From positions 1,696,001-1,760,000 of the forward strand of contig CAXXLV010000002.1 of assembly GCA_963664305.2 (NCBI GenBank): a stretch of 64,000 nucleotides of DNA, given 5' to 3'. The first letter of the stretch is position 1; every line of letters begins with the position of its first letter. Positions 53,588-63,336 of this stretch are shown one piece after another. A program made the translations under genes and the position numbers. Source of the stretch: an uncultured Aliarcobacter sp. GTDB lineage: Bacteria; Campylobacterota; Campylobacteria; Campylobacterales; Arcobacteraceae. A model generated the notes under the pieces. It worked only from the letters and a program-made list of their open reading frames with translations, did not search any database and was not told the origin of the DNA.

Positions 53588-53941
53588 TTAACTAATTTTA
53601 GATACTTTTTTTGCCATAAAAACAGAAAATAATAAAGATACTACAACTGTTGGAGCAATAGTATAAAAAATATTTTGTGTATTTATCAACAAATGTCCAA
53701 TAAAAACTATACTTGAAGTAATTATTACAGTTAATATTGCAACAATATAAGATGAACTATTTATAAATAATCTATTAAAAACTATTATCAAACGAACCAT
53801 AAAAATAGTTATCAAAAAACTTGCAGAAGCTTGAAAAAAAGATGATATAAATCTATTTTCATCTTTTATATTTATAAAATACGACCAAGTTCCCCATAAA
53901 ATAAAAGCAAAAATTGCTGATATATATTTCTCTTTTTTCAT
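53588..53941 (-). CDS. Hypothetical 4-TM membrane protein
   Basis: Four hydrophobic segments; 1-nt overlap with the regulator gene. Confidence 0.75.
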   Translation of the reverse strand: MKKEKYISAIFAFILWGTWSYFINIKDENRFISSFFQASASFLITIFMVRLIIVFNRLFINSSSYIVAILTVIITSSIVFIGHLLINTQNIFYTIAPTVVVSLLFSVFMAKKVSKIS

Positions 53942-54579
53942 TATTTAGCCTTTTTAAACTCAATGATTGTGTGTCGATTGAAAATATATGGTTTAAATGA
54001 ATTAAGTATATCAAGTACTAAAACTTCAGGTAAAAATCCATTTTTTTCTAAAACTTTACTTGTTAACTCTTTCTCAAGTAATGCAAGTTTTTTACTTGTA
54101 TTTACATATTCACTTATAAGTTCAGTTGAGATGTCATATTTTCTTAACTCATTAAAAGTGTTTAAAACTTCTATTTCTGTTTTAAAAAATACTTCTTTAT
54201 CATCTAGTAAATCAAGTTTTATAGCTTCATCTATATTTTGATTTATTAAATCTTTTTTTAAAATTGGATTTTTAATCTCACTACTTAACATTTGAATTGA
54301 TTGTAAAATTAAATCTGATCTATCATCAAAATTTATTTTGTAATAATCAAAAAGTTCTTTTATATAATCAATTGAAAAGTTTAGGTTATCTTTGAAGTAT
54401 TTAATTAGATTTAAAACAGTGATTGTAATTTCAGGATAATATTTCATATTTTTTGATGTGCTTAAAGTGTTTGGTAATAAACCTTTTTTATCATAAAATG
54501 AAATCGTATGATTACTTAGATTTGATAATTCTACTAACTCTGACATTTTATAATAGTTTTTATTCTCTATTATTTTCAT
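53941..54579 (-). CDS. MerR-family transcriptional regulator
   Basis: YKMSELVELSNLSNHTISFYDKKGLLP..NMKYY wHTH. Confidence 0.85.
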   Translation of the reverse strand: MKIIENKNYYKMSELVELSNLSNHTISFYDKKGLLPNTLSTSKNMKYYPEITITVLNLIKYFKDNLNFSIDYIKELFDYYKINFDDRSDLILQSIQMLSSEIKNPILKKDLINQNIDEAIKLDLLDDKEVFFKTEIEVLNTFNELRKYDISTELISEYVNTSKKLALLEKELTSKVLEKNGFLPEVLVLDILNSFKPYIFNRHTIIEFKKAK

Positions 54580-54590
54580 TATTTTCCTTT

Positions 54591-54669
54591 AAAGTATAAA
54601 GTACAACTCTTTACTTTTGAAAGTTTATAAAAATTAATTTAAAAAGTCAAGAGTTTAACTCTTTACTTT
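54591..54669 (-). promoter_or_regulatory. sigma70 promoter TTGACT-N17-TAAACT flanked by two 27-bp palindromic operators
   Basis: Operators at 54591-54617 and 54643-54669 share AACTCTTTACTTT; -35 at 54645-54650, -10 at 54622-54627. Confidence 0.72.
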
Positions 54670-54750
54670 TTATTTATCAACTATTAACCACTTATTGGAT
54701 AAAATCTGATTATCTATCAAAATAAAAAATAATCATTATTAAGGAATTAT

Positions 54751-56241
54751 ATGTACCAAACCATGAAAAAAGAGTGGTTTTCAAATATTAGAGCTGATTT
54801 TTTATCAGGTCTTGTAGTTGCACTTGCACTTATCCCTGAAGCAATTGCTTTTTCAATTATTGCAGGAGTTGACCCAAAAGTTGGACTTTATGCTTCATTT
54901 TCTATGGCAGTTGTAATTGCATTTGTTGGAGGACGACCTGCAATGATTAGTGCAGCTACTGGTGCTATGGCTCTTGTGATGGTGACATTAGTAAAAGAAC
55001 ATGGTTTACAATATCTACTAGCTGCTACACTTTTAACTGGTGTTATTCAAATATTTTTATCATATATTGGTATTCATAAACTTATGAGTTTTGTTGCACG
55101 TGCTGTTGTTGTTGGATTTGTAAATGCACTAGCAATTTTAATCTTTATGGCTCAATTACCTGAACTAACTAACGTAACATGGCATGTTTATGCTTTAACT
55201 GCGGTTGGTCTTGGTATTATTTATCTATTTCCTTATGTGCCAAAAATTGGAAAACTTTTGCCCTCACCTCTTGTAACAATTGTAGTTCTTACTATATTTG
55301 TATATTTTGTTGGTTGGGATGTAAGAAATGTTGGAGATATGGGTGAATTACCAAACACTTTACCAATATTTTTATTTCCAGAAATTCCTCTAAATTTTGA
55401 AACTTTACAAATCATTTTTCCATACTCTTTTGCTTTGGCAATTGTTGGACTTTTAGAATCATTTATGACAGCAACTATAATTGATGATTTAACAGATACT
55501 AAAAGTAATAAACAAACGGAAGCCAGAGGTCAAGGTATTGCAAATATAGCAACAGGTTGTATTGGTGGAATGGCAGGTTGTGCTATGATTGGTCAATCAA
55601 TTATCAACTTTAAATCAGGTGGAAGAGGAAGATTATCTACTTTTATTGCTGGTTTTTTACTTTTGATAATGGTTGTATTTTTAAGTGATATTATCTCTAT
55701 AATTCCTATGGCAGCATTGGTTGCAGTTATGATAATGGTTTCTATTAGTACATTTAACTGGGCTTCAATTGGTGAATTAAAAACTCTTCCATTTTCAACA
55801 AATCTTGTGATGTTATCAACTGTTTGTGTTACAGTTTATACACACAATCTTGCGATGGGAGTAATCACAGGAGTATTACTTGCTTCTTTATTTTTTGCAA
55901 ATAAGATTTCACACTTTATGTACAATGAAACTTTTTATAATGAAAATAAAACTATAAAAACTTATAAATTCGTAGGGCAAGTCTTTTTTAATAGTGCTGA
56001 TAAATTTTATGAAATGATTGATTTTAAAGAAGACATTAAAAAAGTTATTATTGATGTATCAAGGGCTCATTTTTGGGATATTTCTGCTGTTTATGCTTTA
56101 GATAAATCAGTAATAAAACTTAGACGTGAAGGTAAAGAAGTTGAAGTTATCGGACAAAATGAAGCAAGTAAAACTATCATAGATAGATTTGGAATTCATG
56201 ATAAACCTGAAGAAATAGAAAAAGTGATGGGTGGTCATTAA
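54751..56241 (+). CDS. SulP family anion transporter with STAS domain
   Basis: [22 protein letters not shown]-terminal WDISAV STAS motif. Confidence 0.95.
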   Translation: MYQTMKKEWFSNIRADFLSGLVVALALIPEAIAFSIIAGVDPKVGLYASFSMAVVIAFVGGRPAMISAATGAMALVMVTLVKEHGLQYLLAATLLTGVIQIFLSYIGIHKLMSFVARAVVVGFVNALAILIFMAQLPELTNVTWHVYALTAVGLGIIYLFPYVPKIGKLLPSPLVTIVVLTIFVYFVGWDVRNVGDMGELPNTLPIFLFPEIPLNFETLQIIFPYSFALAIVGLLESFMTATIIDDLTDTKSNKQTEARGQGIANIATGCIGGMAGCAMIGQSIINFKSGGRGRLSTFIAGFLLLIMVVFLSDIISIIPMAALVAVMIMVSISTFNWASIGELKTLPFSTNLVMLSTVCVTVYTHNLAMGVITGVLLASLFFANKISHFMYNETFYNENKTIKTYKFVGQVFFNSADKFYEMIDFKEDIKKVIIDVSRAHFWDISAVYALDKSVIKLRREGKEVEVIGQNEASKTIIDRFGIHDKPEEIEKVMGGH

Positions 56242-56301
56242 GACTACCTAATAAACCATATATTAACTTTTCGCTAACATACCAAGAAAAAAAGGATTAA
56301 A

Positions 56302-56706
56302 ATGGAATTAGATTTATACGTAGGATTTATAAGTTTCTTTTTTACGGCCGTTGCTTTAGTTGTAGTTTTTCTTTATTTATATGCGATTGTTACACCTTAT
56401 GATGACTATAAACTTATCTTTGAAGATAATAACATTGCAGCATCTTTAGGTTTTGGAGGAGCAATTATTGGAGTTGCAATTCCACTTTACAGCGCTTTAG
56501 TTAACTCTATATCATATAATGATTTTGTAATTTGGGGAGGAGTTGCAATATTTATTCAATTAATTTTTGCATTTATCGTAACTAGACTTGGGGGAAAATA
56601 CTCTTTTAAAACAAAAATCTCTCAAGGTGTTATTCCAGTTGGAATTCTAATGGCATTTTTATCAATTGCAATTGGTTTATTAAATGCAGGGTCAATGAGT
56701 TATTAA
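56302..56706 (+). CDS. DUF350 family membrane protein
   Basis: VTPYDDYKLI..NIAA and GLLNAGSMSY motifs. Confidence 0.88.
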   Translation: MELDLYVGFISFFFTAVALVVVFLYLYAIVTPYDDYKLIFEDNNIAASLGFGGAIIGVAIPLYSALVNSISYNDFVIWGGVAIFIQLIFAFIVTRLGGKYSFKTKISQGVIPVGILMAFLSIAIGLLNAGSMSY

Positions 56707-56719
56707 AAACTCATTGATT

Positions 56720-57049
56720 TTAAACTTTCTGATTTCCAAATAAAATTACAAAAACTCCAAAAATACATAAACTAGAACCTAGTAAGTCCCATCTATTAAA
56801 CTCTTGTTTTTCTACAAAATATAACCAAAGTAGAGATGAAACAATATAAATCCCACCATAAACAGCATAAGCTCGTCCAGCAAACTCTAAATTTACTTTG
56901 GTTAAAGCATAAGCAAAAGCAATCAAAGAAAAAACTCCAAGAATTAAGAACCAATAACTTTTGCCAACTTTAAAATAAACCCAAAAACTATAACAACCAA
57001 GTATCTCAAAAAAGGCTGCTAAAAAATATAAACTAAACTCTTTTATCAA
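56720..57049 (-). CDS. YnfA/UPF0060 family (SMR-like) protein (likely TTG start at 57049)
   Basis: AAFFEILGCY and AGRAYAVYGGIYI motifs. Confidence 0.9.
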   Translation of the reverse strand: MIKEFSLYFLAAFFEILGCYSFWVYFKVGKSYWFLILGVFSLIAFAYALTKVNLEFAGRAYAVYGGIYIVSSLLWLYFVEKQEFNRWDLLGSSLCIFGVFVILFGNQKV

Positions 57050-57071
57050 AACTCTTCCTAACAATTTAAAA

Positions 57072-57866
57072 CTAATTATCTATTTTAAAAACTTTCCATG
57101 CAGAAATAAGAAGAATGATACCTAAGATTATAGAGATAAACTCTGAATTTACAAAATCTAATAACAATGAACCTACAAATACACCAACAAAAGAGCCAAA
57201 AATCATATATATTAAAAATTTTTTCTCTTTAATAATTTGTTTATATTGCTGACTTTTAGAATATCTATAAAATGCCATAAGCATTGTTGGTAAACTTATA
57301 CACAAAGATATACTCCCTGCTATTTTTGGTTCTATTCCAAAAAGTAAAATTAGAGTTGGAATAATAAACTCTCCACCAGCAACTCCTAAAATAGCTGAAA
57401 TAACACCTATTAAAACACCAGACATTACACCAACTATAAAAAGAATTATTTTATTTGAAAAAAAAGCTTCTCCATAACTCAAATAATTATACCCAATTAA
57501 CATACTTAAGGCTAGGATTATTAATAATACAAATATAATTTTATTTAAGATGCTTTCTCTTAGATTCATTGCATAATTAGCACCTATATATGCACCAATT
57601 AAACTACCAATTAAAATATTTATTATGATGGAAGAATAAGGGATAATTTCTTCAAAACCTATAGTATGACTTCTAAAAAAGAGTGAAAAAATCACTACGG
57701 CCAAAGAAACTATTTTATTTATGATTATTGCACTTAAAGTTGCAAAACCAAAAAACTTAACCAAAATAGGAAGTCTAAATTCAGCACCACCTAAGCCTAT
57801 TAATCCACCTAACGTTGCTACACTTCCACCTGTCAAAAAGGAAAAGAAATTTTTATTTTTGTACAT
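57072..57866 (-). CDS. Sulfite exporter TauE/SafE family (start at 57866)
   Basis: GGLIGLGGAEFRLP and GVAGGEFIIPT repeats; GGAGG SD. Confidence 0.88.
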   Translation of the reverse strand: MYKNKNFFSFLTGGSVATLGGLIGLGGAEFRLPILVKFFGFATLSAIIINKIVSLAVVIFSLFFRSHTIGFEEIIPYSSIIINILIGSLIGAYIGANYAMNLRESILNKIIFVLLIILALSMLIGYNYLSYGEAFFSNKIILFIVGVMSGVLIGVISAILGVAGGEFIIPTLILLFGIEPKIAGSISLCISLPTMLMAFYRYSKSQQYKQIIKEKKFLIYMIFGSFVGVFVGSLLLDFVNSEFISIILGIILLISAWKVFKIDN

Positions 57867-57919
57867 AAATCCCTCCAATAATGGATTTGTATATACAGTT
57901 ATTATTCCTTTGAAAGATT

Positions 57920-58162
57920 TTAGTTATTTTTTTCTGTAAGTAAATTTACTACTTCATCAACATTTAACTGTTTTCCAGTACTTTTTACTATTCCATCAAC
58001 AACAAGTGCAGGTGTACTCATCACTCCATAATTCATTATTTCTACAATATCTTCAACTTTTTTAACTTCATGAAAACCACCAATTTTTGCAACTGCTTGT
58101 TTTACAGCTTCTTCTAAAGCTTTACATTTTAAACATCCAGTTCCTAAAACTTCTATCTTCAT
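57920..58162 (-). CDS. Small redox-active disulfide protein, thioredoxin-like (start MKIEV at 58162)
   Basis: LGTGCLKC and YGVMSTPALVVDG motifs; AAGGA SD. Confidence 0.9.
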   Translation of the reverse strand: MKIEVLGTGCLKCKALEEAVKQAVAKIGGFHEVKKVEDIVEIMNYGVMSTPALVVDGIVKSTGKQLNVDEVVNLLTEKNN

Positions 58163-58281
58163 TTTTAATCCTTTTAAAATGTCCCATTTCAAAAGGGACC
58201 AAAATTTATAACTACTTTTATCACAATTTATAAAAATTGTTAAAGTAGCAAACACTGAAGAGAACAACGAGTTGTTCTTTT

Positions 58282-59244
58282 TTATAAAATAGTATTAAAT
58301 AAATAACCTGTCATTAAAATTGAAACACCAACTATTCCAAAGAATATTGAAATAAGTTTTAAGCTTAATACTCTTTTTAAAATCATAGCTTCAGGAAGAC
58401 TTAGAGCAACAACTGCCATCATAAATGATAATGCTGTTCCTAAAAGCATTCCTTTTTGTGTTAAAACTTCAACAAGTGGTAAAATTCCTGCTGCGTTTGA
58501 ATACATTGGTATTCCCATAATAACAGCAACTATTGGAGCATACCAAACATCACCACCTGCATAAAGACTTATAAAATCAGCTGGTATATATCCATGAATA
58601 AATGCACCTATTCCAACTCCAATTATCACATAAAGATAAATCTTCTTAAAAATATCTGCTGTATTATCCCAAGACTCTTTTAATCTTTGATTAAATAAAG
58701 TTTCATCACTATTTGAACCATTGCAACAACTATTTACAGGTTTTACTTCTATTAAAACCTCTTTTTCTAAATTCATACTTCCAATAACAAGTCCCGCAAT
58801 AATAGCTATTAATAAACCTATTCCTACATATAATAAAGCTATTTTCCAACCAAAAAGTGAAAACAACATAGCAATTACAACAGCATCACTTAGTGGTGCA
58901 GAAATCAAATATGAAAAGGTTACTCCTAATGGAATTCTAGCTTGTAAGAAACCTAAAAAAAGTGGAATTGCACTACATGAACAAAATGGTGTTATAACTC
59001 CAAAAATAGCAGCCATTACATGACCTACAAGTTTATGTTTACCACTTATATAATCTCTTGCTTTTTCTATTGGGAAATAACTTCTTAAAAATGTAACTAT
59101 ATAAATAATTGTAATTAATAGAATAAATATTTTAATCGTATCATAAATAAAAAAATGTAAAGCATCACCTAAATGACTACCTTTAATCAATCCTAAAATA
59201 TCAAATACAAATATCGAAGTTAAATTTACAAGCCAATCAAACAT
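58282..59244 (-). CDS. arsP: ArsP/DUF318 permease
   Basis: TPFCSCSAIP, GIPMYSN, ALSLPE motifs; inside the ars operon. Confidence 0.85.
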   Translation of the reverse strand: MFDWLVNLTSIFVFDILGLIKGSHLGDALHFFIYDTIKIFILLITIIYIVTFLRSYFPIEKARDYISGKHKLVGHVMAAIFGVITPFCSCSAIPLFLGFLQARIPLGVTFSYLISAPLSDAVVIAMLFSLFGWKIALLYVGIGLLIAIIAGLVIGSMNLEKEVLIEVKPVNSCCNGSNSDETLFNQRLKESWDNTADIFKKIYLYVIIGVGIGAFIHGYIPADFISLYAGGDVWYAPIVAVIMGIPMYSNAAGILPLVEVLTQKGMLLGTALSFMMAVVALSLPEAMILKRVLSLKLISIFFGIVGVSILMTGYLFNTIL

Positions 59245-59655
59245 CTATTTTAATACCTCAACAATTTTTGGAAGAAGTTTTTCTTCTATCTCTTTATATG
59301 TTTCTTCAAAAGCCTCAAAACCTTTTCCGGCTGGGTCTTCAAATCCCACATGAATAACTTTTACAGCTTTTGGAAACATTGGACAAGTTTCATTTGCATG
59401 GTCACAAACTGTTACTACTAAATCATACTCATTATCTATTACTTTATCAATTGTTTTTGAATGATATTCTTCTTTCCAAATTCCTTTTTCTTCAAGAAGT
59501 TTTTTTGCATTTGGATTTACTTTTCCACTAGCTCTTACTCCTGAACTATCTGCTTGAATTCCTTCTAACTTTGCATTTATAAGTGCTTCAGCAATAATAC
59601 TTCTACAAGAATTCCCAGTGCATAAAATCAAAACTCTTTTTTCTAAAATACTCAT
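59245..59655 (-). CDS. arsC: Arsenate reductase (thioredoxin-coupled, LMW-PTP fold)
   Basis: CTGNSCRS P-loop, TVCDHANETCP, EDP motifs. Confidence 0.92.
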   Translation of the reverse strand: MSILEKRVLILCTGNSCRSIIAEALINAKLEGIQADSSGVRASGKVNPNAKKLLEEKGIWKEEYHSKTIDKVIDNEYDLVVTVCDHANETCPMFPKAVKVIHVGFEDPAGKGFEAFEETYKEIEEKLLPKIVEVLK

Positions 59656-59665
59656 TTTTTATCCT

Positions 59666-60139
59666 TTAATTATTCACATGCCAAGCTTCTGGAAAACCTG
59701 CTTTTATATGTTGATTTTTTACTAATTCAATAAATTTTAAAATATTAGTTTTTATCTCTTCTTTTGATACTCTAATTTTTGCTTTTTTCTCTTCATCACT
59801 TCCATTACTTGCTGGACTTGTAATATTCCAATGTAAAACTCCATCAAGACTTGGAAAAATAGGACAAGGTTCTTTTGCAGCTTCATCACACACTGTTATC
59901 ACATAATGATAATGTCGTCCTTCTTTAAAATAGTCCAAAACTTTGTTTGTTGAGTAAGAAGAGATATCCTTATTTTCATCTTCTTTTAGCACTTCAACTG
60001 CAAGTGGATTTAATACACCTGGATTTATTCCAGCACTATCCACTTCAAAATCTTCCCCACCAAACTTTCTTAATAATGCTTGTGCTATTTGACTTCTTGT
60101 TGTGTTAGCACTACAAACAAATAAAACTTTTGTTTTCAA
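59666..60139 (-). CDS. arsC: Second arsenate reductase-like protein
   Basis: CSANTTRS P-loop, TVCDEAAKEPCP motif. Confidence 0.8.
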   Translation of the reverse strand: MKTKVLFVCSANTTRSQIAQALLRKFGGEDFEVDSAGINPGVLNPLAVEVLKEDENKDISSYSTNKVLDYFKEGRHYHYVITVCDEAAKEPCPIFPSLDGVLHWNITSPASNGSDEEKKAKIRVSKEEIKTNILKFIELVKNQHIKAGFPEAWHVNN

Positions 60140-60159
60140 TCATCTCTCCTAAATAAAAT

Positions 60160-61410
60160 TTAAACTGCTAAAAGTACTATAAATAGTACTGGTGGTGTTA
60201 TTATTAAACCAAATTTACTATATTGCCAAAAGCTAATTTTCACACCTTTTTTTGCTAAAACGTGTAGCCATAATAACGTAGCAAGGCTACCAAATGGTGT
60301 CATTTTTGGTCCAAGATTACATCCGATAATATTTGCATAAGCTAAAGCTTGATTTGGTATATCAGTTAAAGCAATATCCATAATCATAACTGTTGGCATG
60401 TTGTTCATTATTGCACTTAAAAATGCTGATATAAATCCTGTACCAATTATTGCTATACTGTCACCTCTTGATGCCAAATCTTTTAATATTATTGTTAAAT
60501 AGTCAGTTAATCCTGCATTTTTTAATCCGTAAACAACTATATAAAGTCCTATACTAAACCATACAACTTGCCATGGTGCCTCTTTTATAATATGTTTTGG
60601 TTCAACTGTTTTAGTAATACTTGCAATAATCAAAAAAATAATTCCTCCACCTAAAGCAAAAACAGATATTGGTAAATCAAAAGCATCACCTATAAAATAT
60701 CCAACTAAAAGCAATCCTAAAAATATCCAAGAAAAATAGAATAAATTCATATTTTTTATTACACTTTTTGGCTCTTTTAAAAGTGTTACATCAACTGTAG
60801 TTGGAATATCTTTTTTTAAAAGTAACCACAAAAAAACTATCGAAGTAATTACACTTACAATAAATGGAACAATCATATTAAAAAAGTATTCCACAAATCC
60901 AATACTAAAATAGTTTGCCGTTACGATATTTGTTAGATTTGAAAATACAAATGGTAAAGAAGCACTATCACTTATAAATCCACCTGCAAGTAAAAAGGCA
61001 ACTATTGTTTTTGTATTTAGTTTTAGTATTCTCATCTTTGCTAATAAAATTGGAGTCAAAATAAGTGCTGCCCCATCATTTGCAAAAAGTGCAGATACAA
61101 AAGCCCCTAATAAAATAGAATAGATAAACATTTTCAAACCACTTCCATTTGAAAACTTTGCCATTTTAAGTGCAGCCCATTCAAAAAATCCAATTTCATC
61201 TAAAACCATAGATAAAATTATAATTCCAATAAAAGCCAAAGTTGCATCCCAAACTATATTTGTTACAGCAAGTACATCATCAAAATTTACAACTTGAAAA
61301 ATCAAAGCAACAATTGCACCTAAGATTGCAGTTGTTCCTATTTGTAAACCTCGTGGTTGCCAAATTACAAATATCAAAGTGATTAAAAAAATCAAACTAG
61401 CAATTAACAT
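60160..61410 (-). CDS. arsB: Arsenite efflux pump ArsB
   Basis: VIWQPRGL, ALFANDGAALILTP, LGPKMTPFGSLATLLW motifs. Confidence 0.95.
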   Translation of the reverse strand: MLIASLIFLITLIFVIWQPRGLQIGTTAILGAIVALIFQVVNFDDVLAVTNIVWDATLAFIGIIILSMVLDEIGFFEWAALKMAKFSNGSGLKMFIYSILLGAFVSALFANDGAALILTPILLAKMRILKLNTKTIVAFLLAGGFISDSASLPFVFSNLTNIVTANYFSIGFVEYFFNMIVPFIVSVITSIVFLWLLLKKDIPTTVDVTLLKEPKSVIKNMNLFYFSWIFLGLLLVGYFIGDAFDLPISVFALGGGIIFLIIASITKTVEPKHIIKEAPWQVVWFSIGLYIVVYGLKNAGLTDYLTIILKDLASRGDSIAIIGTGFISAFLSAIMNNMPTVMIMDIALTDIPNQALAYANIIGCNLGPKMTPFGSLATLLWLHVLAKKGVKISFWQYSKFGLIITPPVLFIVLLAV

Positions 61411-61767
61411 CTACTTTTCCTCATGCATATCTAATATTTCTGATTTTAAAGTATAAATATAAGTATCAACTTCAATTTCATCAAATCTTTCTACTGTTAC
61501 AGGTGTTCTTTCAAACTCGGCACCTTCAAACTCATCTAAACTATCCCAATGGTTTATTAAATTATCTGAATAAAATAAAAATCCATGAATAGTATCATTT
61601 CCTGCATCAAGCCTAATTCCAGGATAACCCATACTTGCACTCCAACCGGCATCGATTAATTTTCCTTTTACAGTTGCAGGTACAAATTTTCCAACTATAT
61701 TTTCTAATACATATGCATTTGGACAATTTGGCATAAGCGTTCCATATACAAAAAGTGTCTCTTTCAA
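61411..61767 (-). CDS. Gamma-glutamylcyclotransferase (AIG2-like) family protein
   Basis: LFVYGTL, GYPGI, LDEFEG motifs. Confidence 0.88.
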   Translation of the reverse strand: MKETLFVYGTLMPNCPNAYVLENIVGKFVPATVKGKLIDAGWSASMGYPGIRLDAGNDTIHGFLFYSDNLINHWDSLDEFEGAEFERTPVTVERFDEIEVDTYIYTLKSEILDMHEEK

Positions 61768-61769
61768 TT

Positions 61770-62084
61770 CTATTCCTTAGTTTCACAAGCTTTTTTTAGA
61801 GTTGGTAACTCTATTTGAAGCGTCATTATCTCTTTTATACAACTTTGTCTAAATTCATCAAGAGGTGAACGAATACTATAATAAGCCCATCTTCCATCTC
61901 GTTCTAATTTTAAAAATCCAGCTTCTTTTAAAATCTTTAAATGACGTGAAAGTCTTGATTGAATCATTTCAAATGAGTTTTCCAAATCACAAACACAACA
62001 TTTTCCATAAATATTTATAAACTTAATTATCTTTACTCTTGTCTCATCATTTAAAGCACTAACTGTTTTTAAAAATATATCCAT
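61770..62084 (-). CDS. arsR: ArsR-family repressor
   Basis: CCVCDL metalloid site, QSRLSRHLKILKEAG, RDGRWAYY motifs. Confidence 0.93.
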   Translation of the reverse strand: MDIFLKTVSALNDETRVKIIKFINIYGKCCVCDLENSFEMIQSRLSRHLKILKEAGFLKLERDGRWAYYSIRSPLDEFRQSCIKEIMTLQIELPTLKKACETKE

Positions 62085-62108
62085 ACTTGCTCCTCAATGA
62101 TTTTTGAA

Positions 62109-62156
62109 AGTTTAACATAAAAATATTAATATATCAACATATCTTGATATATTAAT
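62109..62156 (-). promoter_or_regulatory. ars promoter TTGATA-N17-TAAACT overlapped by an ArsR-type operator
   Basis: ATTAATATATCAA-N6-TTGATATATTAAT perfect inverted repeat at 62125-62156; -10 at 62109-62114. Confidence 0.8.
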
Positions 62157-62170
62157 TATAAAAATAGTAA

Positions 62171-62884
62171 TTACTTAAAAAAAGTAATTACTATTGGAAG
62201 AAAAATTGCAGTAAATATTCCACTTAAACCCATTGCAAGTGCTGCAAATGCTGCTGCTTTTTCACTTATTTCTATTGCCCTTGCTGTTCCAATTCCATGT
62301 GATACAAGTCCAAGAGCAAAACCTTTTGAAGTTTCATATTTTACTTTAAAAATTTTAAACACTATTGTTCCAAATAAAGCTCCTACAATTCCAGTAATTA
62401 AAACAAATCCAACAGCAAGTGAAGGAATAGCTCCAATTTGTTCTGACGTAATAATTGCAATTGGGGCAGTTATAGATTTTGTAGTCATAGATAAAATTGT
62501 TGGAAGATGTGCTCCAAAAATATAAAGTAAACTAACTGCAATTACTATTGAAAAAACTCCAGCTATAAATAGAGTTAAAACTATTGGTAAGAAAAGTGAT
62601 TTTATATATTTCAAATTTTTATAAAGTGGAAGGGCAAGTGCAACAGTTGCAGGTCCAAGGAAAAAATGAATTATTTCAACACTTTTAAAATACTTTTCAA
62701 ATGATGTATTTGTATAAACAATCAAAGATAAGATAATCACATAAGCTATAATAATTGGTTGTAATAAAGTATGTTTATTAAACTTTTCATAAATTATTAT
62801 CCCTAATTTAAATGCTGCTAATGTGATAATTAGCCAAGTAAGTGGTGTTGAACTAATATAATTTGTTAATGCTTCATAATTCAT
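62171..62884 (-). CDS. lrgB: LrgB family protein
   Basis: LGPATVALALPLY, KSITAPIA, SHGIGTARA motifs. Confidence 0.93.
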   Translation of the reverse strand: MNYEALTNYISSTPLTWLIITLAAFKLGIIIYEKFNKHTLLQPIIIAYVIILSLIVYTNTSFEKYFKSVEIIHFFLGPATVALALPLYKNLKYIKSLFLPIVLTLFIAGVFSIVIAVSLLYIFGAHLPTILSMTTKSITAPIAIITSEQIGAIPSLAVGFVLITGIVGALFGTIVFKIFKVKYETSKGFALGLVSHGIGTARAIEISEKAAAFAALAMGLSGIFTAIFLPIVITFFK

Positions 62885-63227
62885 CTTTATTCACCTTTGA
62901 AGTTAAAAAATCCATAAATTTAGCTGCAAAAACCAAAGCTATTAAAGTTCCAAAAAATAGAGCTATAAATATAGCCCAAAACTCTTTTGTAATAATATCT
63001 ATTTGAGTAATTATTCCCATTGCTGCTGGAATAAAAAGTAGTGGAAGATATCTTAAATGAAGTGCAACTGCATTATCAAGACTTGCAAAACTTCCTTTTT
63101 TAATAAGTAAAAAAACTAAAAGCAAAATCATTCCAATTACAGGTCCAGGAACCAATAAAGTAAAAAGTTTTGCTATACACTCACCTAAAAATTGAAAAAA
63201 CAATAAAATAATTATTCCTCTTAACAT
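62874..63227 (-). CDS. cidA: CidA/LrgA family protein
   Basis: VPGPVIGMILL and LPLLFIPAAMG motifs. Confidence 0.9.
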   Translation of the reverse strand: MLRGIIILLFFQFLGECIAKLFTLLVPGPVIGMILLLVFLLIKKGSFASLDNAVALHLRYLPLLFIPAAMGIITQIDIITKEFWAIFIALFFGTLIALVFAAKFMDFLTSKVNKDEL

Positions 63228-63336
63228 ATAAACGCCTTTTTGTAAAAGCTGTACTATACTAAAATTTTTCTTAGGAGAAAAAGTAAAATATTAAAAAGAT
63301 TGTTATATAATCAAATACAAACTAGAAGGATACAGG

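Noticed and set aside
58163..58267. N-terminal extension of the thioredoxin-like ORF
   Set aside because: The family motif begins at MKIEVLG (58162), which has its own SD; the upstream frame runs through hairpin DNA
56720..62156. ars cluster as a mobile element
   Set aside because: No transposase, integrase, terminal repeats or tRNA target seen, and no obvious compositional shift by eye
62171..63227. Prophage holin/antiholin pair
   Set aside because: CidA/LrgB are widespread host genes and there are no phage genes nearby
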